Source: Spirogloea muscicola (Eukaryota). From it: DNA of 64,000 nucleotides. The stretch is from the NCBI GenBank assembly GCA_009602725.1, contig WELB01000011.1:666652-730651 (forward strand). Reading direction: 5' to 3'. Shown here in pieces: positions 25,101 to 36,530 of the stretch. Position 1 is the stretch's first letter. Each line of letters starts with the position of its first letter. Both the position numbers and the translations under genes were made by a program. The notes beneath the pieces are model-generated. The model was not told where the DNA came from. It did no database searches and saw nothing but the letters and a program-made list of their open reading frames with translations.

Positions 25101-26340
25101 TCCAGCATAGCCAGTGGCTCACAAGTCTGCCATATCTTGCTTTCTGTGCATGGGATGTCGTTGTTTCGTTGCCATCTAAGCAGTTTGGTGAGCTCTGGTT
25201 GCCGTGCAGAACATTATCAGAACCGCAGTTGAGGACATGCTGGTGTACCCGAATCGCATTGTGGTGCCCATTGTGCCTGGCGACTACAAGTAAGACAACA
25301 AGCCTGCCCTTGACAGTTGGTTCAGATTAAGTGCTATGGGCAGCTGACATTGCTTAAAGGATGGAAGTCTCTTGCAGTGCTCAGTTGCTGCCCAGGTTGA
25401 GAGACATGTACACGCTATTGCAGGTGGCTGGAGCTGAGGCCCATTGGGCAGCTTGACGTCACCCTCATTGAGGCAAAAGGGCTCCCCAAGACCGACGTCA
25501 TTGGGAGCTGCGACCCATATGCCCTTATCTATGTGCGCCAGAAGCAGGGGAAGATCAAGCGCAGCACCACCAAGCACAAGAACCAGACTCCGATTTGGAA
25601 TGAGGGCTTCTTTGTGGAGGTCTGTGACCCTCTGGCTCCTTGCTCTTCCACTTGCGCACCAACTGGCAAGCAGGTCATTGCGTCTCACCTTTAGTTGCCT
25701 GCCACCACATATGTCTTCTGTGAAAATGCTGAGACCAATACCTTGCTGCTTGCAGGCCGAAGACCTTGAGTCGCAGTGCCTGAACATCCGCATGATGGAC
25801 GATGAGCGGGTGGAGAGGGCAGAGATGATTGGCATTGCAGAACTGCCACTCTCACAAGTAAGCACATTGATTTGGTCGCAACTTGTACTACGTACTGCCA
25901 ATTTGCGTGGCCATGTTTCTCTGCAGACAAAATTGCAGACTCGCTGCATAGGAGTGCCATTCGGCTATGCAAAGCTATGGAGATTTGTTGTCGACTTTCT
26001 TCATTTGATTGCAACCCCATATGGGCCAGCTCTAACCTGCACTAGCAACCTTGCAATCCTGCAGCTCCAGCCCAACATGCCAGCAGACATGTGGCTGGAC
26101 CTCAAGAATGACCCCAAGAATCCAGAGAGCAAGGTGAAAGGCCAGGTGCACATCAATGTTGTCTACAAGCCATACACAGAGGCGAACCAGCGAAAGGAGG
26201 AGGAAGTGACAGTCAGCCAAGAGGAGGAGGCTGCAGGTGCTAAGGAAGCAAAAAGTGGAGGTGCCAAGCGGCGGGGCAAGCAACCGGACAAGAATGAGGA
26301 GGGCGGGAATGTTGCCGTGGCTGGCCATGAGTATGAGTGA
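22132..26340 (+). CDS. Synaptotagmin-like membrane-contact-site protein (TM, SMP domain, C2 domain) with a long N-terminal extension. The start lies in or before the N gap.
   Basis: Hydrophobic segment 23395-23540; LPSWINFPEYDK|LKWLNAFIIKIWPFVNRAA..TLGNHGPRIDG|VKI (SMP); C2 domain GQLDVTLIEAKGLPKTDVIGSCDPY..PIWNEGF; MWLDLK..GQVHINVVYKPY. Confidence 0.9.
24715..24788. repeat. 37-bp tandem duplication (2 copies) in a synaptotagmin intron
   Basis: aagcattgagagattgttca(g/c)gtccagtcctgtcaaa occurs twice. Confidence 0.9.
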
Positions 26341-27199
26341 AATCCCAGCGGTCTTACCACTGCCACTGGTTTGGACGCTCGAATACATTTGAGAGCAGCA
26401 TTTGAGGGGCTCCTGTGACTTGCATGTGATAGGACACCGTTGAGCAGTCATGTTGGGTGTAGCCCATTATCAGTAGGCCGTTATCCTTGTATGGGTTACC
26501 CTTAAATGTGAGGCTGGACAGCAGCCTGGGCAGCAGCCCTACCCAGGACAACAATAACTTCTAGCACCTGCTTGTCTCGGTCACTCTGCGTGCGTGTTCG
26601 AAGCTCGAATGTGTGATGCTGTGGATGCTGAGGGGAGTGGGATGCGTTAAAAACATTGGTGCACGCGGACCTCAGTAAAATTCTTGCTAGATTATCCTTG
26701 CGTTTCTGATCTTCATTTCCAGTAGAGAGCAGCCCCACACGTCCGATGAAGGCCATCAGTAGCAGGCTTCGTGAGCAAGCTATTTTGTCTTACCCAAAGA
26801 GTGCAGATCCTCTAAAAGCCACGGAGACACATCCAGTTAGGCAGGTTGGCATCTATAATTCCCACTGTTTTCACAACACCGGCAGACAGAGGGTAACTCA
26901 GCAAGCCTGCTCAAGGCGAGTATTTTCAGGTGGGCAAACGGTTGAGGTTCTCCCCGCCTGAGTATGGCTAGCTACTGTTGCTGTTGGATTCCATTGTTAA
27001 GCCTGCACGTTCATGAATGACGAATAGCTATGTGTTGGCCTCAGCCTTCCTGAAGGATCGGATGAGGGAAGCTGAGAAGTAGCTCTATAAGTGGGCGAGT
27101 GGCTGTTTCAGATTTTAAGTGATGGCCACAACCTGAGTACACGTGTGACATTGACAAAAACGTATCTCCCTTTAATCCGCTTAAGCTGCTCCAGATTTA

Positions 27200-29742
27200 T
27201 CAGCACTGCAAATAATTCATCTGCAAGGAACCCATGGTAGCAACGATATGCGACATGTCTATGCGATGCTCTGCGTTGTCTCTAACACAGAGGGCAGCGA
27301 GGTGGGCCACTATGCTGAACTCATGCGGTGCCATCTCCTTCTGCTCAATACAGCATCAAAGCACGTCTCGGAGTGGAAGATTAGAAACAGTGGAGTCCAA
27401 AGAGGCGGCGTGCCTGTAAGGTCCAGGTAGAATGGGTATTGGAGTGTGGGGTGTGTAACATTACCTGCAGCTGTGCATCAACCATCTGCAGAAGCTGGCA
27501 GTGATCTGACAAGAAGGGGAAGTGTGCACTTGGTGCCTCCTTCATCTTCTCTGGTGGCTTGCCCATGTCCTCCAGCGTCCTCCCAGTGAGCAGCTCAAGG
27601 AGCAATAGGCCGTAGCTGTACACATCACTTGCTGGGCTGGCCTCCTGCAGATTGCTGCCACGAAGCTCTGGAGCTGCCCATCAAGCGATTGAAGGATGTA
27701 TAGCACACGAAGCAGGTGTCAACGGGTATACCTGAATTGAACCGTTCAAGCACCTAGCACTTCAGACGGCAAGCTATGTAGTGGGACAAGCTACTGATAA
27801 TCATCATCAGTAATCAAAACACACATCCTCGCGTGGTTGCCAAGGAGAGCAAGAGGCACCTAAACGGGATGGGCTCCAGGCCTGGTATATGCCACGCTTC
27901 AGAAGAAGCTGGTAGCTGTAGCCACCCAGCTTGGCTCGGTTGTCCTCAGTGATGTAAATATTCTCAGGTCTGATGTCTGTATGAACGAGGGGAGGCGTGC
28001 TCTGCAAATGACAGGTATGAAACATGCTTGAAAAGAGTCATATTTATTTATTGTACTGACAGCGAGTGCTGCGGTCAGTCTCTTCATGGAGCGCGTGCAG
28101 CCAGCTCTTCTACACTCGCTGCAATGCAATGGAAGCTATAGCAACTCCGTTTAAGGTCGCCAATGCGTCATCATCGCAACACACGGGGAGCTACATCAAC
28201 AAGGAGAGGAACGGAAGAATAATTGCAGACGGTGGGAAGTCTACCCTGTGAAGCACATCAATGGCTTCAGCAACATCGAGCGCCACACGCAGTCGACCAT
28301 TCCAGCCGAGCAGCAGGCCCTCCGTGTCTGCTTTAGGATGTAACAAATGCTCCAGCGAGCCTATACAAGCAATAAGCTCAAGGAAGTTCAGCAGATCGCC
28401 TATCGTAAGTTTTCCACTTACTGATCTGTTCTTAGCTCCAGTGTTCACACCGCCCAGCTCTGTGCAAATCAATGCGCGATGGAAATTTTGAACACAAGTG
28501 ATAGTGGCGGTGGCAAGCCGCTTCTGCTACCTCCAATGCAGAGTTCGTGCACAAGGAGCCTTTCTTGGTAATGAACACAGTAGCCTTTCAATCTGAGAAT
28601 GTTCGGATGACGCAAGCTCGCCAGTCGCTGCATGTTGCTGAAGAAGCTCTTGTCAACCGGCCAAAGAGCTGCAGAGAGGTTGATTGGCTCCAGTCTTGTC
28701 ACAGCTACGACCTGCAGGGTGCCAGGGTGACTGTATTTCAGCAGGGGTTGTAGAGACACTTGCCCAAGCAAGCCCGTCTGTGCTTCGCTGACTGACAGAC
28801 ACTCATGAGCGTCAAGCATAACAACCTGCAGTCTCTGTAAGTCCAGTGAACAAGGAAAGGTGATGATCCTTTGGAGCATTTTTAGCTGACCAATGAGAGC
28901 TTTGCAAATATAATGCTGGCTAGTACTGTGGACAGTTTGGTGCCCCATGCATGATAATCTGCCTGAGCTTGACAGTCACGAGCTGCTTGAAAGCACCATG
29001 GCTGAGTGTATGCCCACCTGGCCTTCAGGCAGATGGCATCTGTAGATACGGCCGTACATCCAGGGCCCCAGGAGATGTGTCTTCCTGCTGAAAGCCTCCG
29101 TGCCATACTGCGCACAATGCCCGATAGGAAGACATGGCCAGCCATATGCAGTACTCAACGTCTCCTAGATGGTGTCGACTTAGCCAGGCATCCATGCAGG
29201 GGTGAATGGTAATCATGGAGGTCTGCATCAGGCGGCGATTCGGCTCGGCTGACAGCTGGCCGGACTAGCTGGCCGAAATCAAGCGAAGGTCAGTTAAGGC
29301 CAGGCAAACTACAAGGACTGCACCGCCAGCCATGGTGCCGAGCGACAAACTGATGGATTGCCGGTGCGACCAAGCTAGCGAGGATGGAAGGCCACATATG
29401 TGCAGTCAGCTCAATGGGGCGCGATACCTGGAGGTCGTGGTAGGCGAAGCTGGTCAGCTCCCCGGCTCCGGCCTCCGCCAGCTGCGCTTCGGAGCCGGAG
29501 GAAGGCGCGACGCGAGCGCTTGCAGCGCGCCTGAAGCTTCGTGAGCCTGCGCCGCCTGCCGAAACTCTGCGCGCTGCCCGTGGCCGCTTGGGCCACCACC
29601 AGAAGAGCAGGCACGCCGCGACCGTCACGGCCAGCGCCGCGGACGCCGCGAGCGTGGGCGCCAGCGGCAGGGCCGCCAGCCAGGCCGCGGCGAGCCAGGG
29701 CCGGGCTTCGTGCCGTGGCGGATTCTGCGGCTGCGACGGCAN
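27200..29742 (-). CDS. Single-pass receptor-like kinase (RLK/Pelle fold) with a very short ectodomain, probably a pseudokinase, multi-exon
   Basis: TM (TLAASAALAVTVAACLLFWWWPKR), FAYHDLQ, LASLRHPNILRLKGYC...RLLVHE, SLEHLLH..LGWNGRLRVALDVAEAI, PPLVHTDIRPENI, WAAPE, SDVYSYGLLLLELLTGR, LAALCVRDNAEHRIDMSHIV. The start is inferred at an NTG codon containing an ambiguous base. Confidence 0.88.
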
Positions 29743-29773
29743 TGGCGATGCCGACGGCGGCGGCGGCGTCGGC

Positions 29774-29804
<31 letters not shown>

Positions 29805-30473
29805 GCTGGCTGGCCAGCTGCAGGCCGGAGCGGCGGGGAGGTGGGGGAGGTGGCCGTTGATATAGGTGGCAACGCAAACGGCACCAGGCCCGCTGACGGT
29901 GCGCCGTCTACTCTGCCGGCCCTTCCGCCTCGCCAGTAGCCGGTCCCCATCCTGCCAGCTGTGTGCCGCTCCCTCCCGTCTTCACGTCGCCGAGCAGCAC
30001 GTTCATGATGGATGCCATGCGACTGGTCGACCACCACACCCATGCTTTGACACAGCAATAACATATGGCGTATGTACATTTACACAATGTGCTCTGCATC
30101 TCTTGCATGCGCGACCTGCAATTTTGTCAGCTGTCAGCAAGGTCTAGCAAGACTTAACAAATATCTAGGCGCTGCCACTGAAGCGTCTTTCAAAGGAGCT
30201 GCAACGTTCATACCCAATGTGTAAGCATGTAGTGCCACAGTGCACCAGGTATCACGACTATTATGATAGTATTGTCATGTTATATAATGTGGTCATATAA
30301 ATGTGGTAAATGTTACCTGTTAGGAGCTACTGACATGTGCTTTCAAGAGCTTGAGATAAGTGCTACCAGTTGAGCTACACGCTACCATAAGGCTATGGAG
30401 CGGGCACAAGGTGTCGTGAATGGCAATGCAATTCCAGGATAGCACCAGTTAGTAGATTGGCCCCACGGGCCGG

Positions 30474-32765
30474 TCAGGCTGCCCAATAAACAAGCATTGC
30501 CGCCGACAGTAAGGCCATTGACTCATCGAGCTGGTTCTGGGCAAGGAAGAGGACAGCCCATGTGAGCAGCCCAGCAGCCAGTCCATGCCGACAACTTGTC
30601 ACAAGCTTCGAAGAGTTTGATGGCTGAAAGTCAGGCCAGAACATGTCTAGTGTTTGAAAAGGCTGCTGTGAAGTGATCCCAAATGTTTGTCGAGTACCTC
30701 CTGGCGACTGCAGCATGTGGTCACATGGGTCAGAGCTGCGAGCGTAGCACGGCTCGCTTGAGTACCGATCAATATGACTAGATCTAGCATGTTACGTGTG
30801 CCAAAGTGCAGGTCTAAGCATGCGGAAAAGTTGCGACCAGTCCTTATCGATGTTTGCCTGCTTGCAGGTGGGCTACATTTCCAAGATCTCTATTGCGGTG
30901 GGTCTGCTTCATGGAAAGCAAGGTAAGAGATAGTATGCATACCTGAACAGGCCCAAAATTAAAGCTGCTCTGGTATGCCACCTCTTCATGAGCATATATT
31001 GGAGTCGTTTGCTGTCGGACTACAATCTCTCTCTTTGATGCACTGCTCCTGGGTTACACTCTTTAAGATGTACTCTGCGAGATGATCATGGCAAAGCGAG
31101 CTTCAGGTCCATAGGGCTGTATGCTGAAAGCCACATGAATCTTGGGAGTGTTTATACGAAAATATGCATCTCATTATTGACTGCAATAGAAGATCAGAAT
31201 TTGCACACTAGACGTCATAAGTAAGCTGGCAGTGGTTCTGCCATATACATGTACGTGGTATTGAGGAGGATTTGCCACTGCTAACTCTAAACGATGCTTA
31301 CCTGTCAGGAAAAGGCCCAGAACCTCGCATGGAAGGCTTGGCTCCAGAAAGGTGTGGTAGAGTGCCACCATTGACAACGCTCTGGCTAGGAGGGACAGTC
31401 CCACCTTATGCGAAGTCTCTGAAGAGCGACTTTTCCAATGCATCTTGTAATCTGGCTTGATTTGTCCTTCACTCCAAGCGAGATGACAGTCCGCCTGGAG
31501 TGGTGTCAGCAAAGGGGTCTCAGCTAACCTACGAACACTAGACATATTTTGCCTGGGTCCTTCCAGTCCAGGGCTGACAGGCTCAGCCATGCTGTTTGAT
31601 ACTTGTACTTCGCAGTCGCTAACAAGATCAGGTCTGGATTTGATCTGAGCTCTCTTCTGAAGTCTCGGGCTCTCAAGGAGGAACTTGTCTTCATCATCTT
31701 GCAAGTTCGTCCTAGTGGAATTTGACCTTCAACACAGTGAACACCCATGCTTGACGTCACTGTTAGGAGGTGCTATCATGGCTGCTAGCAAGCTGGTGAT
31801 TCTCTGTCAATATGAAGCTATTTCACGACTCCTGTCCACCAAGGAAAGACCCGTCGGTAGTTGATCCCATGATCTCTAGACGCATTCAGGACTGAGGTCG
31901 GGTATTCATGCTGACTGATAGACATCACATGGGTGAGCACCAAGTGGAGATGCAGAGCTGCTAGTAGTGATGCAGACTAAGCAAGGCATAGAGTTCAAGT
32001 TAAGAGATGACTAGTCCTTGATACTAGCATGCACCTGACAGCTCTCACTAGCACGTGAGCCGGCTGCCGATTCACAGCGAAGACAGCCACGTTGTTCTTA
32101 CCTCAAAGCAGCAGGCGACCTGCTCTTGTGCCAGCTGCATCGTAGACATCCTTTTGGAATCACAGCTGTCAGGCCTGTAGTACACTCGGAAGGCTGCGTA
32201 CATGACCGCCGCAGCGACGGCAGACACTGGGCCTGTCGCTGCTGCGGCTGGCTGAGCGTACTGGCAGCAGAGGTGGCGGCCAGGGCGACCGAGTGTCCCG
32301 CCATGTTGATTGCGTGCAGGCAGCCTCTGACGCTGAAGTTGACGCCCTTGACCAGCCGGCCCATGGAGCTCCTCATCGCTTGGGCAGGCAGGGCGCATAG
32401 GCCCTGCAGCTTCGTGAAGGGACGCTGCAGCCTCTCCAGCTTGAATCTGGTGGCGGCCGCCATGTTGCCTGCCGCCACATGAAGCTGGTGCTGCCTGCCG
32501 AGCGACACCTGAGCCATCAGGCTTGGCCACTGCTACTTAAGGACGACGCTGGCTCGGCATGCCCGAGCAGGGCTAGCATAGAGGAGCATTTGCTGCAAGC
32601 TAAGCGTGCTGACCTCGGTCGTCCAGGCTGGTGATGCGCCGCACCAGGAATCGTCGCGGCACTCTGAGAGGAGGCTGTGTGGCCAGCAAGAGGAGCGCAC
32701 GCGCACCAGCCTGCCACAGCCGCGTGCGCCACCGACGACGGCAGGAGTAAGCTCTGCATCGTCAT
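30474..32765 (-). CDS. Hypothetical multi-exon gene of unknown function, possibly with C-terminal membrane segments
   Basis: Several same-strand ORF blocks with plausible GT/AG flanks (32098-32517, 31174-31704, ~30942-31020, 30474-30630) lie downstream of a GC/CCG-rich island at ~33.0 kb. I recognise no family and could not reconcile all exon phases. Confidence 0.3.
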
Positions 32766-33050
32766 CGAGCGTGCTAATTACAATATTCCTTCGGAATCCT
32801 GCACTGGCGCGGCTGGGAGCGCAGGCTGAGAGAGGCGCGAGAGCGGCTGGCGGCGAGCTGCGCGGCTTTCTGGTAGGATCCGGCTTCGAAGCCGAGCGCT
32901 CCAAGGATGAGCCCCGCGGCCCGAGGCCCGCAGCTGCAGCGAGCCGGCGCCGGCGCGCCGGCTGCGGCGCGGGCGAGTCCGGCAGAGGCGGGAGTCAGGG
33001 ACTTGACGTCGAGCGGGCGCGGCTGAGTGCTGCANAGCGTCAGATCACCG

Positions 33051-33087
<37 letters not shown>

Positions 33088-33162
33088 GACGTGACGCGCC
33101 GCGCCCTCCTGCGGCGCCACGTGGCAGGCGTGACTCGGGCGGGCGGGATCCTTGCTGCCTCT

Positions 33163-33449
33163 GAAAGGGCTCGCCCATTGAGGATAGGGGCTGGACAAGC
33201 CAGCCCAAAAAAGAATGAACAAAGAACGAGAAGGGGGCCCTGTCCAGGGGACCCACTTCCAGGACCCTAGCCTCTCTGATTTGCGGCTGCTTAGCAGGGG
33301 TTACTGAGTAATTTGTAGCTGCTTTCTTTCTTTGTGTGCTTTGGTTTCTTAGCACTTCCTCTGGCTTCCTCTGGCCCCCTTCTCGTTCTTTGTTCATTCT
33401 TTTTTGGGCTGGCTTGTCCAGCCCCTATCCTCAATGGGCGAGCCCTTTC
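33163..33449. mobile_element. Short CRE-like retroelement insertion (subfamily A) with 77-bp perfect inverted ends
   Basis: 33163-33239 is the exact reverse complement of 33373-33449. The core encodes ...SDLRLLSRGY* (stop 33305-33307) and the shared 3' UTR. Confidence 0.75.
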
Positions 33450-34235
33450 TTCGCTGCTCCGCCTGCCTAGCCTGTGGCTCCGCTAACACAGTGACGAACT
33501 TCGTTCTTTCTTTTCTGGGCTGCCATAAAACAGCCATCGCCTGCGGTGGATGGAGAGTCTTCTTCCCATTGTGACCATCCTCTGTAGGCACCTGGCCGGC
33601 TTTCACAGCCGCTGCTTCGGTCTTGCAGCCGCGTACTTCCTGCTCCCCGCATCGTTTATTGACTGCGACCACAAGTTGCTGCATTGTGTCTACTGGGCGG
33701 TCGGCTAAGCAGCATAAGGTGTACACCCGTAGATGTGCTTGTCCGTTTACTCGGCCCTCAGGCCCTCCACCCCTACGTCTTGCCCCCGGTCGCTCTCAAG
33801 CGGCTCCTCCCCGCACCACCTCTGGAGCGCCATACCACATCATCCAGAGCGCCAGACGAGGCTCGATTTGCCCTTCTATCGCTCATGATCGTCCTTGCAG
33901 ACGGGGGGTGTAGGGACCGAAGCCTCCTCTAGCCTGTACTCAAGGTGGATAAAATTATGAGCTATCAGTCAGTGCAAACAGAGCAGTCAAGGCCGCACCA
34001 AATGTAGCAAGCAGCTCCAGATGTTTTCTGACTAACTTATTCTTGCTACCCAGTACAAAGAAGGAGGACATCTGTACCGCTGCCGTACGATCGTGCCGAC
34101 CTCCGTGCACGTGCAAGACTGCCTGCCGGCCGCCCCCTGCTCTACGACTTTCGGCGGCGGCAGCCCCCCTCGGTTTCGCGAGCAGCTGCCCGGCCCGGGG
34201 GGCCGCCGCTCCCTGTCTTGGATGCTGACAAATAG

Positions 34236-34458
34236 AAGAAAGGGCTCGCCCATTGAGGATAGGGGCTGGACAAGCCAGCCCAAAAAAGAATGAACAAAGA
34301 GGAGAGCCCTCGCTGCTGCCTCTGGCTCTGTCCAGGGGACCCACTTCCAGGACCCTAGCCTCTCTGATTTGCGGCTGCTTAGCAGGGGTTACTGAGTGAT
34401 TTGTAGCTGCTTTCTTTCTTTGTCTGCTTTGGTTTCTTAGCGCTTCCTCTGGCTTCCT
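34236..34458. mobile_element. Truncated, internally inverted CRE-like insertion (subfamily A) flanked by a target-site duplication
   Basis: The direct repeat ctgacaaatag lies at 34225-34235 and 34459-34469. The inside is the inverted 3' tail joined to the ORF end (RALAAAS..SDLRLLSRGY*) and UTR. Confidence 0.8.
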
Positions 34459-35139
34459 CTGACAAATAGGCTCCTCCAAAGCTAGGCCGGAGGCCACGAA
34501 GAGGCCAGCCTGTGTCCCGACGCGCTTTTTGGCTGGCTTACACAGCCTGCAACATCAAAAGCACTCCAGGTGCGCCAGGCTGATTAAGCAGCTCTTTCAG
34601 CAAGGCGCGACGTGTCGCGTAGCTAGGAAGTTGCCGCCCTCCTACTGGAAGCGCTTCTTTCTTAAAGGAGGAATTGCTCGACCACAGAGGGTAGGGGGCT
34701 GGAAAGGCCAGCCCAAAAAGAATGGACAAGGTCCAAAGAGCCAAAATGGTACGGTGTTCTGAATGGGCGAGCTCATTCTTCTGAAAGGGGAGGGGCTGTA
34801 GAAGAGAAAGAAATTGGCTCTTCCAGAGGGGGCAAAGGTTGTGAATTCAGATGAAACATTCACGCGAAAGGCCAGCCCAAGAGAAGAATCGACAAGGTCG
34901 AGTGATTGAGAAGAAGCTTATCCAAGGGGGCAAACGGGTGTGGGAAGAAAGAGAAGGAGTGGCTCTTTCGAAGGGGGCAGGGTTTAGGGTGAACAGCCAG
35001 CCCGAGAAAAGAGAGAAGGCGCGCGGGGCGCATGAATTGAAAGGGAGGCCAATTCAAGCCAATACATTGTTCAGGCAGAGTCGAGTGCAGACTAAACAAT
35101 GCTACATAAAAGAAGAAGAGTTGACAAGGTCCGAAGGCC

Positions 35140-35600
35140 ATCCGCAGACCATCCGCGGGAAGACGAGTTCTTCCCGTTGGCTATTGACACCCATGGGGCG
35201 CTGAGCGCTCGGTGGCTCGAGCTGCTCACCCAGCTCGCCCGCCACATCATCGTCCGTCGCTTCCATGGGGAGCCGGTAGACTTTCCTGCAGCCGGGTCGC
35301 TGATGCAAGTTTATCGAATGCGCCTGGCCGTCTCGCTGCAGAGGTCTATGGCCCGGGCGTTGCACCTTCGCGCCGGCAGAGCCCTCGCTGCTGCCTCTGT
35401 CTCTGGCCAGGGGACCCACTTCCACGAGCCTAGCATCTCCGACCTGCGGTTGCTTAGCAGAGGTTACTGAGTGATTCGTAGCTGCTTTGTTTCTGTGTGT
35501 GCTTGTTTTCCTTAGCGCTTTCCCTGGCCCCCTTCTCGTACCCTGTTCATTCTTTTTTGGGCTGGCTTTCCAGCCCCTATTCTCAATGGGCGAGCTCTTC
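35140..35600 (+). mobile_element. 5'-truncated CRE-like non-LTR retrotransposon (end of the RLE domain plus 3' UTR, subfamily A)
   Basis: DHPREDEFFPLAIDTHGALS..RLAVSLQRSMARALHLRAGRAL..SDLRLLSRGY* is homologous to the C-terminus of the 55.1-56.0 kb ORF. It is followed by the shared UTR and hairpin tail. Confidence 0.8.
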
Positions 35601-35924
35601 CTCCGAAGGGGCGAAAGGAAGACAAGCGCTTCCAGACAGCACTGGCTGTGAGAAGCCAGCCCAGAATGGACGAAGGAAGCGCGGCCAGATTGACTGGTGG
35701 CTGGGAAAGGGTTTAGGGTTTAGGATAAGCCAGCCCAAAGGAATGGACAAGGTCTGAAAGGGACAGATGGCGCAAGAACTGAGATACTAAGCGAAGAAAG
35801 AAACTCTTCCAGTGAAGGGCGATGGCTGTAAATGGCCAGCCCCGGAAAAAGAATGAACAAAGTTCGGAGAAGGCCAGCCCAACAAATGAGCTCTTTCAAA
35901 GGAGGCGGGGGCTGTGAATTGAAA

Positions 35925-36200
35925 GAAATTGGCTCTTGAAATGGGGGCAAGGGCTGTGATAAGCCAGCCCGAACAAAGAATCGACAAGGTCTGAAGGGGC
36001 CAATCTACGAAGGGGCCAAAAGCGCGATCTCAGAACTGGGGTAGGATGAAGCACTCAATAACTACGAGTGAGGAGCTGCAAATCCGAAAGACCAGCTGCC
36101 GGAGAACAATCCCCCTGACGAAAGCCAGAGGCTGCAGCGAAGGCTGAAAGAGCCGGGAAGCGCAACCTTGCAATTCGGCAGGTGCCACCTTGTCTGTGCC
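35925..36200 (-). mobile_element. 5'-truncated CRE-like element, subfamily C
   Basis: The minus-strand frame ends ...AGLSDLQLLTRSY* (stop 36055), followed by ggccccttc..ttgtcgattcttt..gggctggc..acagccc. A similar arrangement lies at 61040-61190 on the + strand. Confidence 0.6.
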
Positions 36201-36364
36201 AGACGGCTTGCAGCTCTAAGACCAGATCATGGCCGCCACCTTTTGCGACGCGACGCTTTTTCACCCTCACACACTCCGATCTGCATTTGTCAATCATATT
36301 ATATTGAACGACAATGAGAAGAAGCCCCGGGAGAGTGAGTTTGTGTTCTTGTGCCTTCTAGCAA

Positions 36365-36530
36365 TTTCGGACCTATCCTTAGCAGGGGTTACTGAGTGAT
36401 TTGTAGCTGCTTTGTTTCTGTGTGTGCTTGTTTTTCTTAGCGCTTCCCCTGGCCCCCTTCTTGTACTTTGTTCATTCTTTTTCGGGCTGGCTTGTCCAGC
36501 CCCTATCCTCAATGGGCGAGCACTTTCTTC
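36365..36530 (+). mobile_element. Short subfamily A 3'-end copy
   Basis: cttagcaggggttactgagtgatttgtagctgc...gggctggcttgtccagcccctatcctcaatgggcgagc is nearly identical to the copies at 33290, 34380, 35455 and 61280. Confidence 0.8.

Noticed and set aside
33163..36530. Penelope-like element with hammerhead ribozyme pLTRs
   Set aside because: I found no CTGANGA...GAAA hammerhead core in the module and no GIY-YIG motif, and the protein motifs fit CRE-type RLE. It cannot be fully excluded without the RT.
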